DNA of 64,000 bases, taken from the NCBI GenBank assembly GCA_037445065.1, contig JBBILD010000010.1, forward strand, positions 87,080 through 151,079, written 5' to 3'. Both the position numbers and the translations under genes were made by a program. This document shows positions 63,427-64,000 of the stretch, piece by piece. Source of the stretch: Myxococcales bacterium (GTDB taxonomy: Bacteria; Desulfobacterota; Binatia; HRBIN30). The notes beneath the pieces were generated by a model, which ran no database searches, was not told the DNA's origin, and was given only the letters and a program-made list of their open reading frames with translations. Positions within the stretch are counted from its first letter, which is position 1. Each line of letters opens with the position of its first letter.

Positions 63427-63630
63427 GTGGTGCCGGTTGCACGGTGCTTCGATCGGGTAGGCCGTGGTCCTGGCAGCGTGCTTCGTTGCATGCACACCCG
63501 CGTTGCATGGACACCCACTGGGCCAGCGTTGCGCGCACACCCCCCCGTCGTCGTGACACACCGCGCGCCGCCGCCGGTGCCATTCGCGCGTTGAATTCGA
63601 TCTGCGGCACGGCTTTTCCGCCACGCACCA

Positions 63631-64000
63631 CATAGTGTCACCCTTGGAATAACGCGTGCCTTCGGCCTTTTTCCTCGTGCCACTAAAGTGGTTCGAGAGC
63701 ATGTCTCACACCCCTCTCGGGGAACGTGTGCCTTCGGCCCAGCACGCCATCATGCGCCTCGTAAACGAGCGCATGGTGTCTCAAACCCCTCTCGGGGAAC
63801 GTGTGCCTTCGGCCGTTCGTGCCCGAACCTGCGAGCGATGCTCGCGGGTTGTCTCAAACCCCTCTCGGGGAACGTGTGCCTTCGGCCGTAGGCCCACCGG
63901 CCTGGTCCCCCGGACCTGGTCGTGTCTCAAACCCCTCTCGGGGAACGTGTGCCTTCGGCCATCCCCCCGCCCAAGGCGCGGAGAGGAGCCGTGCCGTCTC
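63631..64000 (-). CRISPR. CRISPR array (trailer end; runs off window), 37-bp repeat
   Basis: GTCTCAAACCCCTCTCGGGGAACGTGTGCCTTCGGCC at 63703 (1 mismatch), 63778, 63851, 63924, partial at 63996, degenerate copy 63631-63667; unique 35-38 bp spacers. Confidence 0.96.

Noticed and set aside
63688..63891. 67-aa ORF with repeated peptide
   Set aside because: Translation of CRISPR repeats

Overview
GC-rich bacterial chromosomal window made up mostly of housekeeping genes. These include a PyrR-attenuated pyrR-pyrB-pyrC-carA-carB operon, pth, clpP, pyruvate:ferredoxin oxidoreductase plus a DHOD-like gene, fumC, apt, an nlpD-like peptidase, surE, tRNA-Pro(GGG), and ihfA-pheT-pheS-rplT-rpmI-thrS-tRNA-Val(GAC), which lacks infC. 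Further on are aroK, mgsA, a peroxiredoxin, dodecin and a membrane-arm-only nuoAHJKLMN cluster. Accessory parts are a PrpD/ComA pair, a RegB/RegA system divergent from a CxxC/His-rich outer-membrane protein and TlpA, two tandem FG-GAP paralogues and a Cys-rich repeat protein. The window ends in the degenerate trailer end of a CRISPR array (37-bp repeat, no cas genes in view), preceded by a GTAG-type REP. The best candidate for something undescribed is a ~660-nt apparently non-coding block upstream of pth (25755-26416). Its ends pair and it has several long-range helices, so it may be a large structured ncRNA. Gene calls come from recognising motifs by eye; no searches were run, and start codons are best estimates.
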